Assembly: GCA_964036045.1 (NCBI GenBank)
Contig: OZ038378.1
Coordinates: forward strand, 10,602,001 to 10,666,000
Direction: 5' to 3'
Origin: Eutreptiella sp. 'Long Island Sound 2002'
Taxonomy: Eukaryota > Protista > Euglenida
Length of the DNA: 64,000 bases
A program made the translations under genes and the position numbers. Positions 34,241-46,830 of this stretch are shown in pieces. The notes beneath the pieces were generated by a model. It was not told the origin of the DNA and made no database searches. It was given only the letters and a program-made list of their open reading frames with translations. Positions within the stretch are counted from its first letter, which is position 1, and each line of letters begins with the position of its first letter.

Positions 34241-36591
34241 CTGGAGGTTCGTGACCGTACGTTTCAGACAGGGGGGGGGGGGGTTATGTGGAGTCGGTCG
34301 GTACTTCCGGTTTCACGCACTTTGGGCGTGTTTTGTGGAGGCATGCCTCAACGCTGTGGACGGCCGATGCTTTGGCGGTGCAGTGCTTCCGCTGCCCGCC
34401 GTCACCGCCTGTCGGTTTGTTGCTGCGCCGACCGCACTCACGGGCACACGAAGGGCAAGGGCTCATCCCCACCCCCGTTCTGGACCCACCAGTTCAACCC
34501 GAATCATTTAGGAGAAGGAGAAGCGGATTACGTCATCGTGGTCACATGAATGAGTGGAATGACTGGGCCTTTGCTGCAGAATATGAGCACTCAAGAGTTC
34601 CCCCCTCCTTGCGAGATCAACACTGAAATCCCAAAATTTGACGGAAACAACACCTTCGACACGCAGGGGGTACTTGTGAAGGGCAAAACAGGACATGGTC
34701 CTCAAAGTTGCGGAAACGACACCTGCTGTTGCCCTAACAAGAGTGTAGCTCTCGCAGGGGGGGGGGGGGGGAGTCCCCTGAATTTGTCTTGGTTTTTGTA
34801 AAGAAAAAAATGGAGACATTGATGTGCAGGTTCCAAGTAAACGTACAGAAAGTTGACAAACTGCATAGCCAGAGCCAAACGATGAGCGCATACACAACAG
34901 GCCTAGCGCCCCACCACCAACTGCGGAGGCATAACCGCCTTCGCGGCTGTGTCCGCTTGTGCAAGTTGGTCTGGTTCCGTTTCTTTGGCAGCGATGCTGG
35001 CAATACAGCGTTTGCGGGACAATTTCGTGGGGGGATTATTCCGCCGGGGAAACTTTTGGAGGGGGTGGTTTCGCCCCCCTTGCAAAATCCCAAGGCTCAC
35101 ACTACCTCACGCACACACTGCACTGCCACAGTCCCCGGATTTCGCCTGGGGAAAATTGGGCCACCTGCCACACGTAACTCTTAGGTACCCGTTCGGAGGA
35201 TGTGAGGTGCGATCCCAAATGCTACCCACACACGTCACACGCCAACGCCGTCACCCAATCCCCATGGTACATCCCATTCACAAGTCTTGCAGTCACCTCG
35301 AAACCATGGTCAAAAACAATGGGTGCAGGGGTCGCCCGCCTGGACAAGAGCATATTCCAGGGCAATGGGTGAACCATCAAGGCCAGAAGGCAAGCCCGGT
35401 CCGATGTACGGACTTGCTCTGGTGTTGTGGAGGGATCCTGTTGGTGATTGATGCCGAAGGGCGGGGGGCTCCATAAAGGCGAGTTCGATACCACGTAGGA
35501 AAATCAGTGTCCAGAGGCATGTGTTTTGTGTGACCGGTGTTCGTCGGTAAAGATCGTTTGCAGGGAGTTGGGGGGGCGGTCGGGCGGGGAAGCGAGGGGG
35601 TTGCCATGACGGCCGAGTAAGTGTGCCGGTAGGTACTTTCGAGTGGACGTTGGGGTTGTTCGAAATAAATCGCTCACGTTGCGTGTTCCAAGCCACTGGA
35701 ACGTGCAGTGGCGTTCGCGAGTGTAATGCGGGTGTCGGTTGCGGTTTGGTGATCAGGATTGTCTGTGTCTCCCACCAAAGCCTATCATTCCAGAGCGACG
35801 CCCCTCCACCTCATCTATTGAGATGACAAATACCCCGCCACACCAATTTCTGGGAGGGTCTTGAATTGTACATACTCGTGTTGGATGTAGTAGTGCAGCA
35901 GTCGCATGTGTGGATGTTTGTCATGACGTTACTGAGCATTGGGTGCGACCACGTGGGGAAGGAAAACCGCCGGTCCAGAGTGGAATGTCAGTCCCACTTC
36001 TCACTTTTGCATCGCTGCCCCCGTGGCGTCCACACCCGCACCACCTCGCAGGCAGCCATGGGAGAGAAAGGGGGAAAGCGGTGTGTGTGTGTGGGGGGGG
36101 GGGGGGGGATGCCGTATTAAAGAGGAAGACCTGCATGGGTCTACGGGCCGCTTGCTCTGAAAAAAGAGGGAGGGGCGTGTGTGGGGGGGGGTGGGGGGGT
36201 GTTCGCAAACCCTCGCTGGACTGCGTAGCACAACCGGTGACCACTGCCCTATCTTCTATGGGACCCACTTGTTGCTTGAGGCCAATGCTGGAGGGGGGTG
36301 CAGTTTTGTGGTGAGAGTGGCGCGTTGGGCCCACTACCCACTGCGGCATTCTGTCCCTGTGGCATCCACATGCCCGCGGGCGCAGATTGAAGGGCACATG
36401 CACTCCTCCGCATGTCGGGTGCCCAATCTCGATCATCATGTCAGGAAGGGGCAGAGGGGCGCGTGCTAAAAGGCTCCATGCAGCAACAGCACACACTGGA
36501 CTCGTAACCCTGTGTTTGCCGGTTGGTCAAAGAAGGGGCCTCCGGTTATTTTGCCAATCAGAATGCGACAGGATTGTCACTTAATGATGAC

Positions 36592-36616
36592 CGCAACAAC
36601 AACAACAACAACAACA
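36592..36616. repeat. (AAC)n microsatellite
   Basis: Visible in sequence. Confidence 0.9.
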
Positions 36617-36917
36617 GTTGCAGTCCTGTGGATAATATAATGTTGCAGTACTGCGTAGTACTACTGTGCGAGAGCAGTCATGCCCCATCATGTTTACAAA
36701 CATGGCCGTTGTTGTTCCGTATCGCCACGGCGCCCGGGTCAATGGGAGCGCACACATCCGTTGCTGTCAATGTCATTGTTGTGACGACGACGCGGAAACA
36801 GAGTGGCTGCGATGGGAAGCGCAAGCTCGGCTGGTGCGGCTTTCCCCTTTGTCGGCCGCCAAGAGGGCGTCTGTCGAGAGGTTGCGGTTTGCGGGAGCAG
36901 TCGCTCACAGCACTGCC

Positions 36918-37374
36918 TCAGCCCGTGTACATTCTAATGTACCGCTGGATGGGCGCACGGCACAACGGGCAGAGGGCCACGGCCCCCGCACACTGCTCAC
37001 AGACGCAGGCGTGCCCGCAGTCGATCAGCACGCACTCCTTCGGGGCCGCAAGGCAAATCACGCACTCGTTGTCCTCGGCCCCAGACGCTGCCGCGGGGAC
37101 CTGCGGCGACGCCCCTGCGGAGGCGCCAGACGCGGTGCGCGAGACGGTGGCCCCCCGCGCCGCGGCCGCCTCCAGCGCCGTGTTCAGCAGCGCCCTCTGC
37201 CGGTACCCCTCCCGCAGGGCCCCCTCGAGCGCGCGGTGCACCGCGGCGGTGGCGCAGCCGGTGTTCATTGGCATCGGCATGGGCACGCCCGTGTGCGGCG
37301 CGGCGTCGTCCGCCCCGATGAGCCACTGCAGCACGTCGGTCGCCTGCGCCTCGATCGCGACGCGCAGCACGCTT
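36918..37374 (-). CDS. WW-FYVE-ankyrin-like-RING protein, exon 2 (C3HC4 RING)
   Basis: TTTTAG|A acceptor joins PSK-SVLRVAIE; CVICLAAPKECVLIDCGHACVCEQCAGAVALCPLCR. Confidence 0.88.
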
Positions 37375-39089
37375 CTAAAAGCGTGGAAAGGAGCAGGCAC
37401 GCAGGGAACGTGGTTGTCGACGGGCGTCAATGTGGGGGTTTACATGTGTCGTCCACGTGCGTATCAACGTTTGCACCATTTTCGGATTCACAATCGCGGA
37501 AAGGGGAGAGGTTCGGCGCCAATTTTCGGTTGAGAACAAGAACGTCTTGAACCCCCGCCCCTCGGACCTCCCTCGGTGATTTGTGCAGTTTCATGCATGT
37601 AGTTTATACATTAGCAAGGTGGAAAAGGCACGAAAAAATGACCAAATCAGAATTCTCGAAGACAAAAGAAGTCGGAAAGTACGGGGACTTTGGGTGTGTC
37701 TCATTTCAATGTATTCTCCATCAAAGCCATGCACACTATGGGCAACATTCAGCACACGGACACACGGACATACAGACACACGTCGGTCTCTGACGCTCGA
37801 TGGCCCCGCATAGACTCAGGTTAGGGTTAGGGCTAGGCTCAGTAACGTCATGACAAACATCCACACATGCGACTGCTGCACTACTACATCCAACACGAGT
37901 ATGTACAATTCAAGACCCTCCAAGAAATTGGTGTGGCTGGGTATTTGTCACACCTCCCTCTCAATAGATGAGGTGGAGGGGCGTCGTTCTGGAATGATAG
38001 GCTTTGGTGGTTTGGGCGTTCGGTGCCCTGTAGGACTGCGAGGAATAGGCCTTAGCACGTGTCCCTCGGGCTCCTGCAAACATTCACCCCCCTTTGTTTA
38101 CTCTTTCTTAGCCCACAGGCCCCTGTCCGGCCGTTGCTTTTCGGACATTTTTGGTCAAGAACGTGACGGGACACAAATGTGAGCGTATTGCTGTAAAAAA
38201 GAGGGACATACACGAGGAATTTCTGTGCGTATCAGATGTCTTTTCGAGACCGCCAACGGCTTCATGTTTAGACTTTTCACTCATTTTATGACTCCCAGGT
38301 AACACATTGTAACACATCTACACTCCCCACTTGTCCGGAAAGATGCCCACCACAAGTTCAACTCATTTGCATGATTCCCAGTATCCTGTTGATTGTCTGC
38401 CAAAATTTCGGCAGACCTCCTCAACTGCATTGTTTAGTTGTGCTGACGTAATCAACTCACAAGAGCCGCGCGGCGTGCCCTACGGCAGGATGCCATGCGG
38501 CGTGCCTTGCCGCAGGGTGCCATGTGGTGTGCCTTGCGGCGGGATGCCACTATTTTAACAATTGCTTCTACTGCTTTGCATTTTGCTTTGTGGCGCTCAG
38601 AAAAAGGAACGGTTTCAGATGAAAAAATGGCTTCATGAGCAGTAAGATGAAAACATGCTTCATGGATGTGTTCAAACGTGACACATGATGAATACTACTT
38701 TTTGTATGTTGTAAACTTCCTACGCTACCTCCCACAAAACTGTGCATTCAGAATCACAATGATGGCAAAGCAAACCCACAGGAAGCACCTCAGAAATCCC
38801 ATCGGCCATGCATCGCCGCCAATTTGTGCGCAAGCTGCGCGACGTATGACCGTACGCAGGTGCCCCAAAGACAGGCTTCCGGCCCCCAAAGATGTCATTC
38901 ATCGCTCACTCGCGAGCTGAAGTCAGGCGCACATCCAGTCACGGGAAGAGCACACTAAGCTTCGTTGTTGGCTGAAGCAATGTAATCGGTGCATGACTCA
39001 CAAAGGCAATGTGACAGGGCAGAGATTGTGCTGGACTCAGGGGGTGGGTTGTCTCTCAGTGGGTGAAAACGGATGAGAGCATATCATAC

Positions 39090-40249
39090 TTGGAGGGCTT
39101 CCCAAGGGACATGGCGTCGGGCCCCACAACGGGGCAGTGCTCCTCCTCCGCCAGCCACTTGAGGGTTGCGAGGGAGTTCGCCACGGCCGCCAGATGGACG
39201 GGCAGCAGGACCGCACCCCCCCGGGCGCCCTCCCCGTCGCTGGTCGCCGGCAGGAAGCACCGGAGGTTGAGGTTTGCGCGACCGTCGGCGTACGCCCGGC
39301 GCGCCGCGTCCGTGTCCCCCGCCAGCAGCGCGGCGCGGAAAGCGTCGACATTGGCGTTGCAGCCGAGGCAAATCCGCGAGGCGGACTCCCCGTCCTTCGG
39401 ATACAGCGCCGGCAGCGCGGCGCGGGGCCACGTCTTGCAGCAGCCGCGGCACATGGAGTACCCGCAGTTGCGGCAGTGCGTGCGGCGCTGCAGCAGCCCG
39501 AAGCCCTGGCGGCAGCGGTTGCAGTGGTCCTCGTCCACCCACACCGGCGGGGCCTCATGCCGCGCCGCCGCGCGCGCAGCCGCCTCCGTGGGGAACGGCC
39601 CCAGCGCCGGCAACTCACGGAACCGCGGGTGCGGGACCGCCTGCATGTCCACGTACCACGGCCCTGCCCCGCGGACCGTGCAGGGGGTGAGGCGCCGCGG
39701 CTGCGAGCCGGCCCCGGCGGTCACGGTCGTCCCGGCGGAGCCGAAGAGCGTCTCGGTCACTTGCGTGCGGATCTGCCCGAGCCGGGCCGCACTGGAGCGC
39801 GGCGCGGAGTGCAGCGCGGCGCGGGGCGCACCGATCGCGGAGGACGTGGCGGAGCCGGAGGGTGGGCCGGCGTGAGCGTGATCAGAGCCAGCGCCGGTCG
39901 CAGATGCGGGGGCGGGTGCCGGATAAGGAGGTGGCGGGTCCTCGGGCGGGGGCCCTGCCCCAGGGCGCTCGAACATGATCTCACCGGTGCCGGTGTTGAA
40001 GTAGATGGGCATGCCCGAGTTCGCATCTGTCTCCTCGATCCAGCCCGAAGGCAGTGCAGCGCCAGGGGGCGGCATCGCGGGCGGTGGCTGCACGTCCGAG
40101 GACTGCGGGCCTGCGCCCGAGCCCGCGGCCGCTGCATCCGCGGCCTGGGCCATGGCATCCCTGGCAATGGCCTGCATTGCTTCCGGCCCCAACCCCACAG
40201 CATCGGCATCCGTGGGGACCTGTGCCCCGGGCTCAGGCACGGCGGACAT
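39090..40249 (-). CDS. WW-FYVE-ankyrin-like-RING protein, exon 1
   Basis: ATG at 40249 after TTTCCCTGCAG; WW LPSGWIEETDANSGMPIYFN; FYVE WVDEDHCNRC...RRTHCRNCG..C..C...RICLGC; donor AA|GTATGA in phase 2. Confidence 0.88.
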
Positions 40250-41099
40250 CGTTTGCTGCAGGGAAATGGGGAAGCAAGGGGGCTTACGAAGGCATACGCC
40301 GGGTGTTGGCCTGGGAACAAAGAAATAGAAGCCCCATAGAGAGCCCGCCAAGGATGCAACCTCCCCCTCTTGTCATCCCTCCCCGAATGTCGGGCTGGCA
40401 TCCCCCCCACAGTATTGACTCTCAATGTTCTCAACAAGATAGGAGCTAAAGATGGCAGGGGTGGATATAGTGGTGGTGGTGGGGGGTCCCCCCCTAATGA
40501 CAATTGCAATTATGGTTGACCCTTCTGGCTGAACCAGCAGTTTTACGAGAGGGCTGATGGCACCAAAAACGCCACAGCACATTGCTGCCCTGGATTTGTA
40601 CCACGGATGCTTAATCCATAAGCCCAGGCATATGCCGCTGAGCCACTGAACCACTCTGCTCAACAATGAACACAAGTGCATTGCACAGGGGTTGGTGCAT
40701 CCCATGAAGACAAGCTAGACAATCCGATTATTTCTTCACACATTTAGCCAAAATGGCTTGCAATTCCGGAGGATCCGTGCTTGAACTGCCTGAGCTGGAG
40801 CTGTCTGAGCTGGAGCTTGCGCTAGAGCTGCTGTCACCACTGGACGAGGCACCAAACAAGCTACGGGATGAATTGGCAGCAGGATCATTGGCAGCCATGC
40901 ACATTTTCCTGTGGGGTGTTGTCATTCCCGCTGTCATCACAAGTTTGTACAACAAGAACCTTGCACTTTTTGCCCTCGTCACTACATGTCTTATGTTTGT
41001 GTGTTTGGAAGCGCCTCCGATCCCAAGACTTTGCTGCTGCCCACGTGGAAGCTACACAGACAACAAGGAACTCCTGCGGGTCTGGGGTATCTTGCTTTG

Positions 41100-43075
41100 C
41101 AATCAAATGCATACGGATGTTGTCCCGAGACATCGAACTCCTCAGTGCTGCTGCAATGTTGTTGAGCGTAGGAATAGCGCGCTCAGCATCAGCACTTGAG
41201 GGATAGGCTACTACAATAATTGCGGCATACAACCGCAAGCACATCGCAAACTGTTTGTTGCTTACGACAGCACTCCAAAACATGAAAACCCCGAATGCTG
41301 TGCAAGCTTTCTCCTTATCCTCCTTGCTGCTCGCAAAAAAAATTATTTTGCCCTGCCAAATTGGTGCCATGCACCAATTACACCAGGAATCAATTCCCCT
41401 AGCGTTCCTCCACAGCCACAACCGACTGCTTTTCGGTGTCGGTCACTATGTTGGTTGTCCAACATCTGGGATCAGGCACAGCCATATCAACGTATAACTG
41501 TTTTCAAATTTGTGGCTGATTTTTGTCAACAGGGCCCTCCGCAACTCTTTGGCCGCAGACTAGCCGTCACTTGCTTTGTGGGTGGATAGTTGTTGCCCAT
41601 TCAAATGCATTGTTGGGGCCTCTTTACTTACAGTTGCGGCGGCTAGAACTACCTGTGTGTAGGGTCCATTCTTGGTTAGGAGACCCTCAAGGCCCTACTT
41701 CACACGAGACAGGCTGAAGCTCATGCAGGCTGCACAAGCAGCCTCTCCTTGTCCTTCCAAGAACACGGGTTTCAAGCAGGTCAAGGTGTCCCACAAGTGG
41801 GGCATATACACCAAAAAACAAACTAACCGAAGTTCAGTCCGAAGACTCACATACAAATCCAGCTTTGTACGCCGTTCGGTCTGCACTTTGTCTGCATCAT
41901 GTTTCGGATTTTTGGTCGCCGCATCGATTTCCTGGATGATGGATGATCAGTGGCAACAACAATCTTGCGGGCCACAATGTCCTCCGGCGCAGCTGAACTG
42001 TCACCACGTTTCAACAGGTACTGCAACTCACCGCAGATTTGTTTCCTGATTCGAGCGTACTCAAGGGCTTCTCAAGCAATCGCACATTTCCCTGGTCTGT
42101 GGTGCCGGGTTCCAAAAAAAAAACGGCGTCCTTTGGTGTGGCGAGGCCGATGTGTTGTTGATGCACCGTCCTAGTCTCCATGCAAATGTACCGCACTCTG
42201 ACGATGTCCGGTGCACCGCACATGTGTTTCTTATGGGCCCCATATGTAATCAGGCCCCATATTGACCTAGCCAGCCCATTTGCCGTCAAGCGTTAGCTCC
42301 CGACGAACAATGCTGTGCTGGATGGATAGGCACACTTTGCGGGACGTTCCATAGGCATTATGCATGCTAGGGGTGTTACATTGTCCCAACACATTACACA
42401 GCTTGGGGAACTCAAAATCTGCTTGACTATTTTGCAAACAATACGTGCGAACCTTGACACAATCATGTGCAAAAATCAACCGCCCGTTGGTTTGCGGTGT
42501 TTGCTGCTTCTATGCTCCCAAACCAAATAGCTCAGGGTAGTTGATGGGCACCGATTGCTTGCCCATTTTTTCCTAAGCAATTTGGAGCGCACACTACACC
42601 GACTCCTTCATGTGCGCGCGGACAATTTCCTTTGCTGCAACAGGTGCCTCATTCATCCCCATGTCAGCGAAAAAGATGACACTGCGCACAACATGGGCAC
42701 GGTCCCAACGGGGCAACAACCACTTTGCGCACATGAACTTTAGTGGGGTGCGGCAGTTTGGTACTCGTTCAACATACTCTATTTGTGGTTTTCTGGAACT
42801 GTGGTCATCACATCCTTGCACTCCTCAAATCGACTTGGCTCCACCTTCTGGTTGGCGGGCTATGTGGCAACTCCCACAAAACCCACCAACTTGGGCATGG
42901 GAGTGCCCTTCATAATTTTTGAAGCCCATTTTTGTGCCACGTTATAAATGTCGTCGGGGATGCCCTTCAAAGTGGGATACCCGCGAAACCAGAAAAATGC
43001 CTGTGTGACCTCCCGGTGGGTAGTTGTTGGTGACGGTGCTGGTTGCGGCCCTGAAGACCCAAACATTTGAAACAT
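41100..43075 (-). mobile_element. degenerate hAT transposase relic
   Basis: FWSAVV...LRLYAAIIVVAYPSSADAERAIPTLNNIAAALRSSMSRDNI (~41100-41280) fits the hAT C-terminal dimerisation motif; upstream frames fragmented, left extent is inferred. Confidence 0.6.
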
Positions 43076-45339
43076 TGTTTTCTAGGTCTTCTTCGTGGGT
43101 TTGCAAAACATAGATGCAAGACGATCCAGCCCTACTAGACGCGGCATTGCAACGGACAAAGATAAACATGCACTACAACTGTTGCTGTTGTCACATGACG
43201 TTGTTGCATGTTCTCTTGGTTTCCTGCTGTTGTGTTGCCTAGTCTGTCTTCCTCTTTTCCGCTGCCTTGGACTGTTGCACGTAGTGCATGTTCCACACTT
43301 GGGCACATGGGAACATTTCTCTGGTGTCTAGCTTTGGCGGCCTCCCTTTTGTTGCTCCATTTCAAAGACCACAAAATAAAAGGGGGAAGAGGCCTACAGC
43401 ATCAGAAACGAAAATGAAAAAAAATGCACCCTGTCACTGTTTACACCTTTCACAACCACATTTGTGTTGGTGGCGGGAGCGCAACAAGGGGAGGAAAACC
43501 ATGCTATTTTTGCAAGCAGAAGGGAGGCACAGAGTTGCATTTGATGTCCTGAGAAAGGGAGAAAAAGTGCAAGGGACCATGAGGTACAATCTGCGATGAT
43601 AGAGCAAAGAAAGGAGTGCAAAACCCAGGTGGTAGCACAACTGTAGATTCATCCAAGTCGGCGAATGGATGCACCTGTAAAGTGAAAAAGGAGCAATCAT
43701 AATCGTCATTGTGTCATCACTGCCTCCTGGCTCAGCAGCCCCGACCCCACACCTCCACCTTGGTAATGTCATCACTATTATAGCCACCCCTGAAAGATGG
43801 AATTGATCGTCCCATCAAGCTAGATGACGGCAGGCATGGGTTCCCAAGGCACCTCAGAAAGCCCATAGCCATCCCTTAGGGTTGGGAAATTCCATCCTTG
43901 CTTGTACTCGTGGCGAGCAATACTTGCCTCCAGAATGCAGTGTCACCCGAAGAAGCGGATGAGATGGGAGAAATGAATGCCGAGGAGATGGCAGTCAATG
44001 GTTACCACGTGGTGTGGTAGTGCCTCAAGTGCTTGGAGCCACATAGTCGTTCCGGAAAGGGTACCCGAATGTATCACCATAGCACCAAAAGAGTTACCCT
44101 TTTTGAGTGACATGCACAACAACACACACAAATGCACTAGAAAGGAGGGCAAGGCATGCAAGTAACTCATATAAATGCATAAGAGGGCTCATTGTTACTG
44201 GTACTAGGCATTACTATGTAGTTGGGGTATGGTCTTGTGCAAAGTTTCTGAACACATCACGCGCGCGGCGCGCAAGACGCCCCCATGGCACTTTGGCTTG
44301 GGTCCTCCATAGCTCAGGAAGATGTCGTCCGCGGCCGAGTCCCCTCAAATGCTCAAAAACAGTGGGTTGGGCAACGATCCAGCTTGCATAAACCTGGATC
44401 CGAATGATGGATTGTCACATCATGGCATGCTTCTTTCGTGAGTGAGCTTACGCTAGCAATGAGCATCGGGGGCTTGCAGGACAAGACCCTTGTGCGTACC
44501 ATTGGCGCTACGCTTGCATGGCATTGGAAAAATATATGGGCCACCCCACCACCAAATGGCACACCTGCAAGCATTTCGTGCCACGTAGAGGCCCTCCTGC
44601 CCATACCTCACAATCTGCCAAGGCGGCAGTCACTATTGCAGGCCTAGACCCGTTAACGTCATGGCAGCATGCTCAAAGTGGAGGCAGGTCCCTTCAGGGG
44701 AATATTTGCCCGGCGCACCCGGCGCGCTACCTTTGTATTCAGTATCCTATCTCTAGCCCCAAGTTTATCCTCACCTAGGGAAGTCCCCCAAAGTAGACCA
44801 CACTAGACCGCAAACTTCCCTGCAAGGCACCTTGCATAAGCCGAAATATGAGACTTCAACAACACAAAATGTCACTCCCACCACTTCCAACCACCACCCT
44901 TGCCATCGTCATAAACTGGGTGCAAAAGATGGGCCAGATTCTTAGACACTGCGAGAAGGTACTCCAGATTGTTTGGTGAGGGGGGCATAAACAGGCACGG
45001 GTGGGGAATGGTAAAAAAAAATGCCCGGTGTGCACCCGGCGCACTAATACCCCCCCCCCCCCCCTTCAGAGCATGGGTCCGGTAGGAACACTTGTTTCAC
45101 GTCTGGACTCCTGAGCATAGCCCTGTGCGCGCCCTGCGTGTCCTGTGTTACTCCCTCAGGGCAGGTGCGCCATGATGCTTGACACAGTCAACAATCAGGT
45201 CCTTTCGTTTGGGCTCCACGCTCCGTGCCTATTTGACACTCCGTGCCTATTTGACGTGCTCTGCATCCCTGCATGTGTCCTCAGGGTATTAGCCCCTTGG
45301 CCCAGCCCCAAGATTGCTGTTCGTAGTACCAGTCACATA

Positions 45340-46032
45340 CCGGGGGGGGGGGGGATTCTGTACGGGGTTTTTTCCGCAGGGGAAAATTCTGCACGGGGAA
45401 TATTCCGCACCTGTCCCAAAAAATCAAAGGAAAATTCCGCACCTCCCAAATCTTGAGTGCATTGCAAACAAAGGGGATCCTGGTATTGCGATCCCCAAAA
45501 GACACACAATACAACAAAGCAACCAGCAATGATTCTGCATATGTCTGAAAACGTAAAATGGGACATGTACTACGCACGTGCTTTACGCTTTGCGATAAAA
45601 TCAGCTGGGATTGCCTTTGGGACAACGCCCAATGCACAACGTTTTTTCAAATGATCGAGAGCTAACAACGACCGGATTGACAACGAACGGCAGCAGGTGG
45701 CTTGTCTTTTCGTTCAGGCACCACGGATCGGCGTCCATTGACAATCCTTGGCATTTTGGCACACAACGAGTGGCGGGAAATATTGCAGAGCATACCCACA
45801 AGCTTGCGCCTTGCTGCTGATGAGACACCAGCACACATTAGCCCCCTTATTCGGCATGATCACGCCAAGAAAAGAACCCAAACGGGTCCTACGGTGGCTT
45901 ACACAGGCAAAATTCCGCATGGGGAAAATTCCGCACCTCCCCTCGAAAAATGAGGGGAAAATTCCGCACCGAGTTGAAATACGGAATTTTCCCCGCGGAA
46001 AATGCCCCCCGCGGAATCCCCCCCCCCCCCGG
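45340..46032. mobile_element. non-autonomous TIR element with TA TSD
   Basis: TIR CC+poly-G+ATTC..; TA at 45338-45339 and 46033-46034 within CATATG context; subterminal GAAAATTCCGCAC repeats. Confidence 0.75.
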
Positions 46033-46689
46033 TATGGGGAGCAGAGATGGTGGGTGCGTGGTCCTGGACGGCCAATCTCATTTGTGATTTTTCCTGATTA
46101 TTTGTGGTTTTTGTAATTGAAATGAAATGGCCTTTGGCACCAACCTGGGGGCGGGGGGGGGGGGGGGCGGGGTTCTCGACTCTTGGGAATCGGTGATGAG
46201 GGTCAAGTTTGCTGAGGTCAAGACCCCATTTATTTGGAAAAGTGTACCCTACACATGATCTAAGTGCATGCAGTCACTGTCATGTTGTCACTGTGCAGCC
46301 CTGCAGTCACTGTGTTGAATGAACTGCAGTGCTTCGTCAACCCGTGCGTGCAATGTCTTATCCTTATGGGCGATGCAGCCAATGCTGCCAGCCGATCGGC
46401 AAAAACCATGCATACGATGTTGCCTCCCAATTCACCACTGCCCAGCACCATGTATAAAGCATGTCATTGCCCTGGGTGATCATGTCATCAGGAAACTGTG
46501 CCGCGTGGTTTGCAGCCGTCATGTTACCGCCACGCCACCATGGTGTTTTGCACGGGTTTCTCGGGTGCGTCAGCAAAAGCTACATCAGTAGCATCCGTTG
46601 CATCAGTGGGTGTGTGCTTAGGGGGATTCTGCGCATCAGATTTAAAATCAGACATTGAACAGCCTAAACAAACAAAGAACCAGCAAAAA

Positions 46690-46830
46690 TAGATTCGTGG
46701 TTATTCATGATTACTCAGAGTCACGAAAAATCTCATTTGTAATTACTCGTGGTTATTTGTGATTATTCGTGGGTTTGAAAATGGCCGAAATTCGTGGTAT
46801 TTCATGATTGTTCGTGATTATTCGTGCCAT
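46690..46830. repeat. degenerate ~10-bp repeats (ATTCGTG/ATTCATG), possible transposon subterminal array
   Basis: Recurrent TTATTCGTG/TTCATGATT motifs. Confidence 0.5.

Noticed and set aside
22727-39089. Non-conventional (euglenid-type) introns
   Set aside because: All four introns I could define have GT-AG ends with correct phase.
39063-40339. Plus-strand 270-aa and 400-aa ORFs
   Set aside because: Antisense shadows of the GC-rich FYVE exon.
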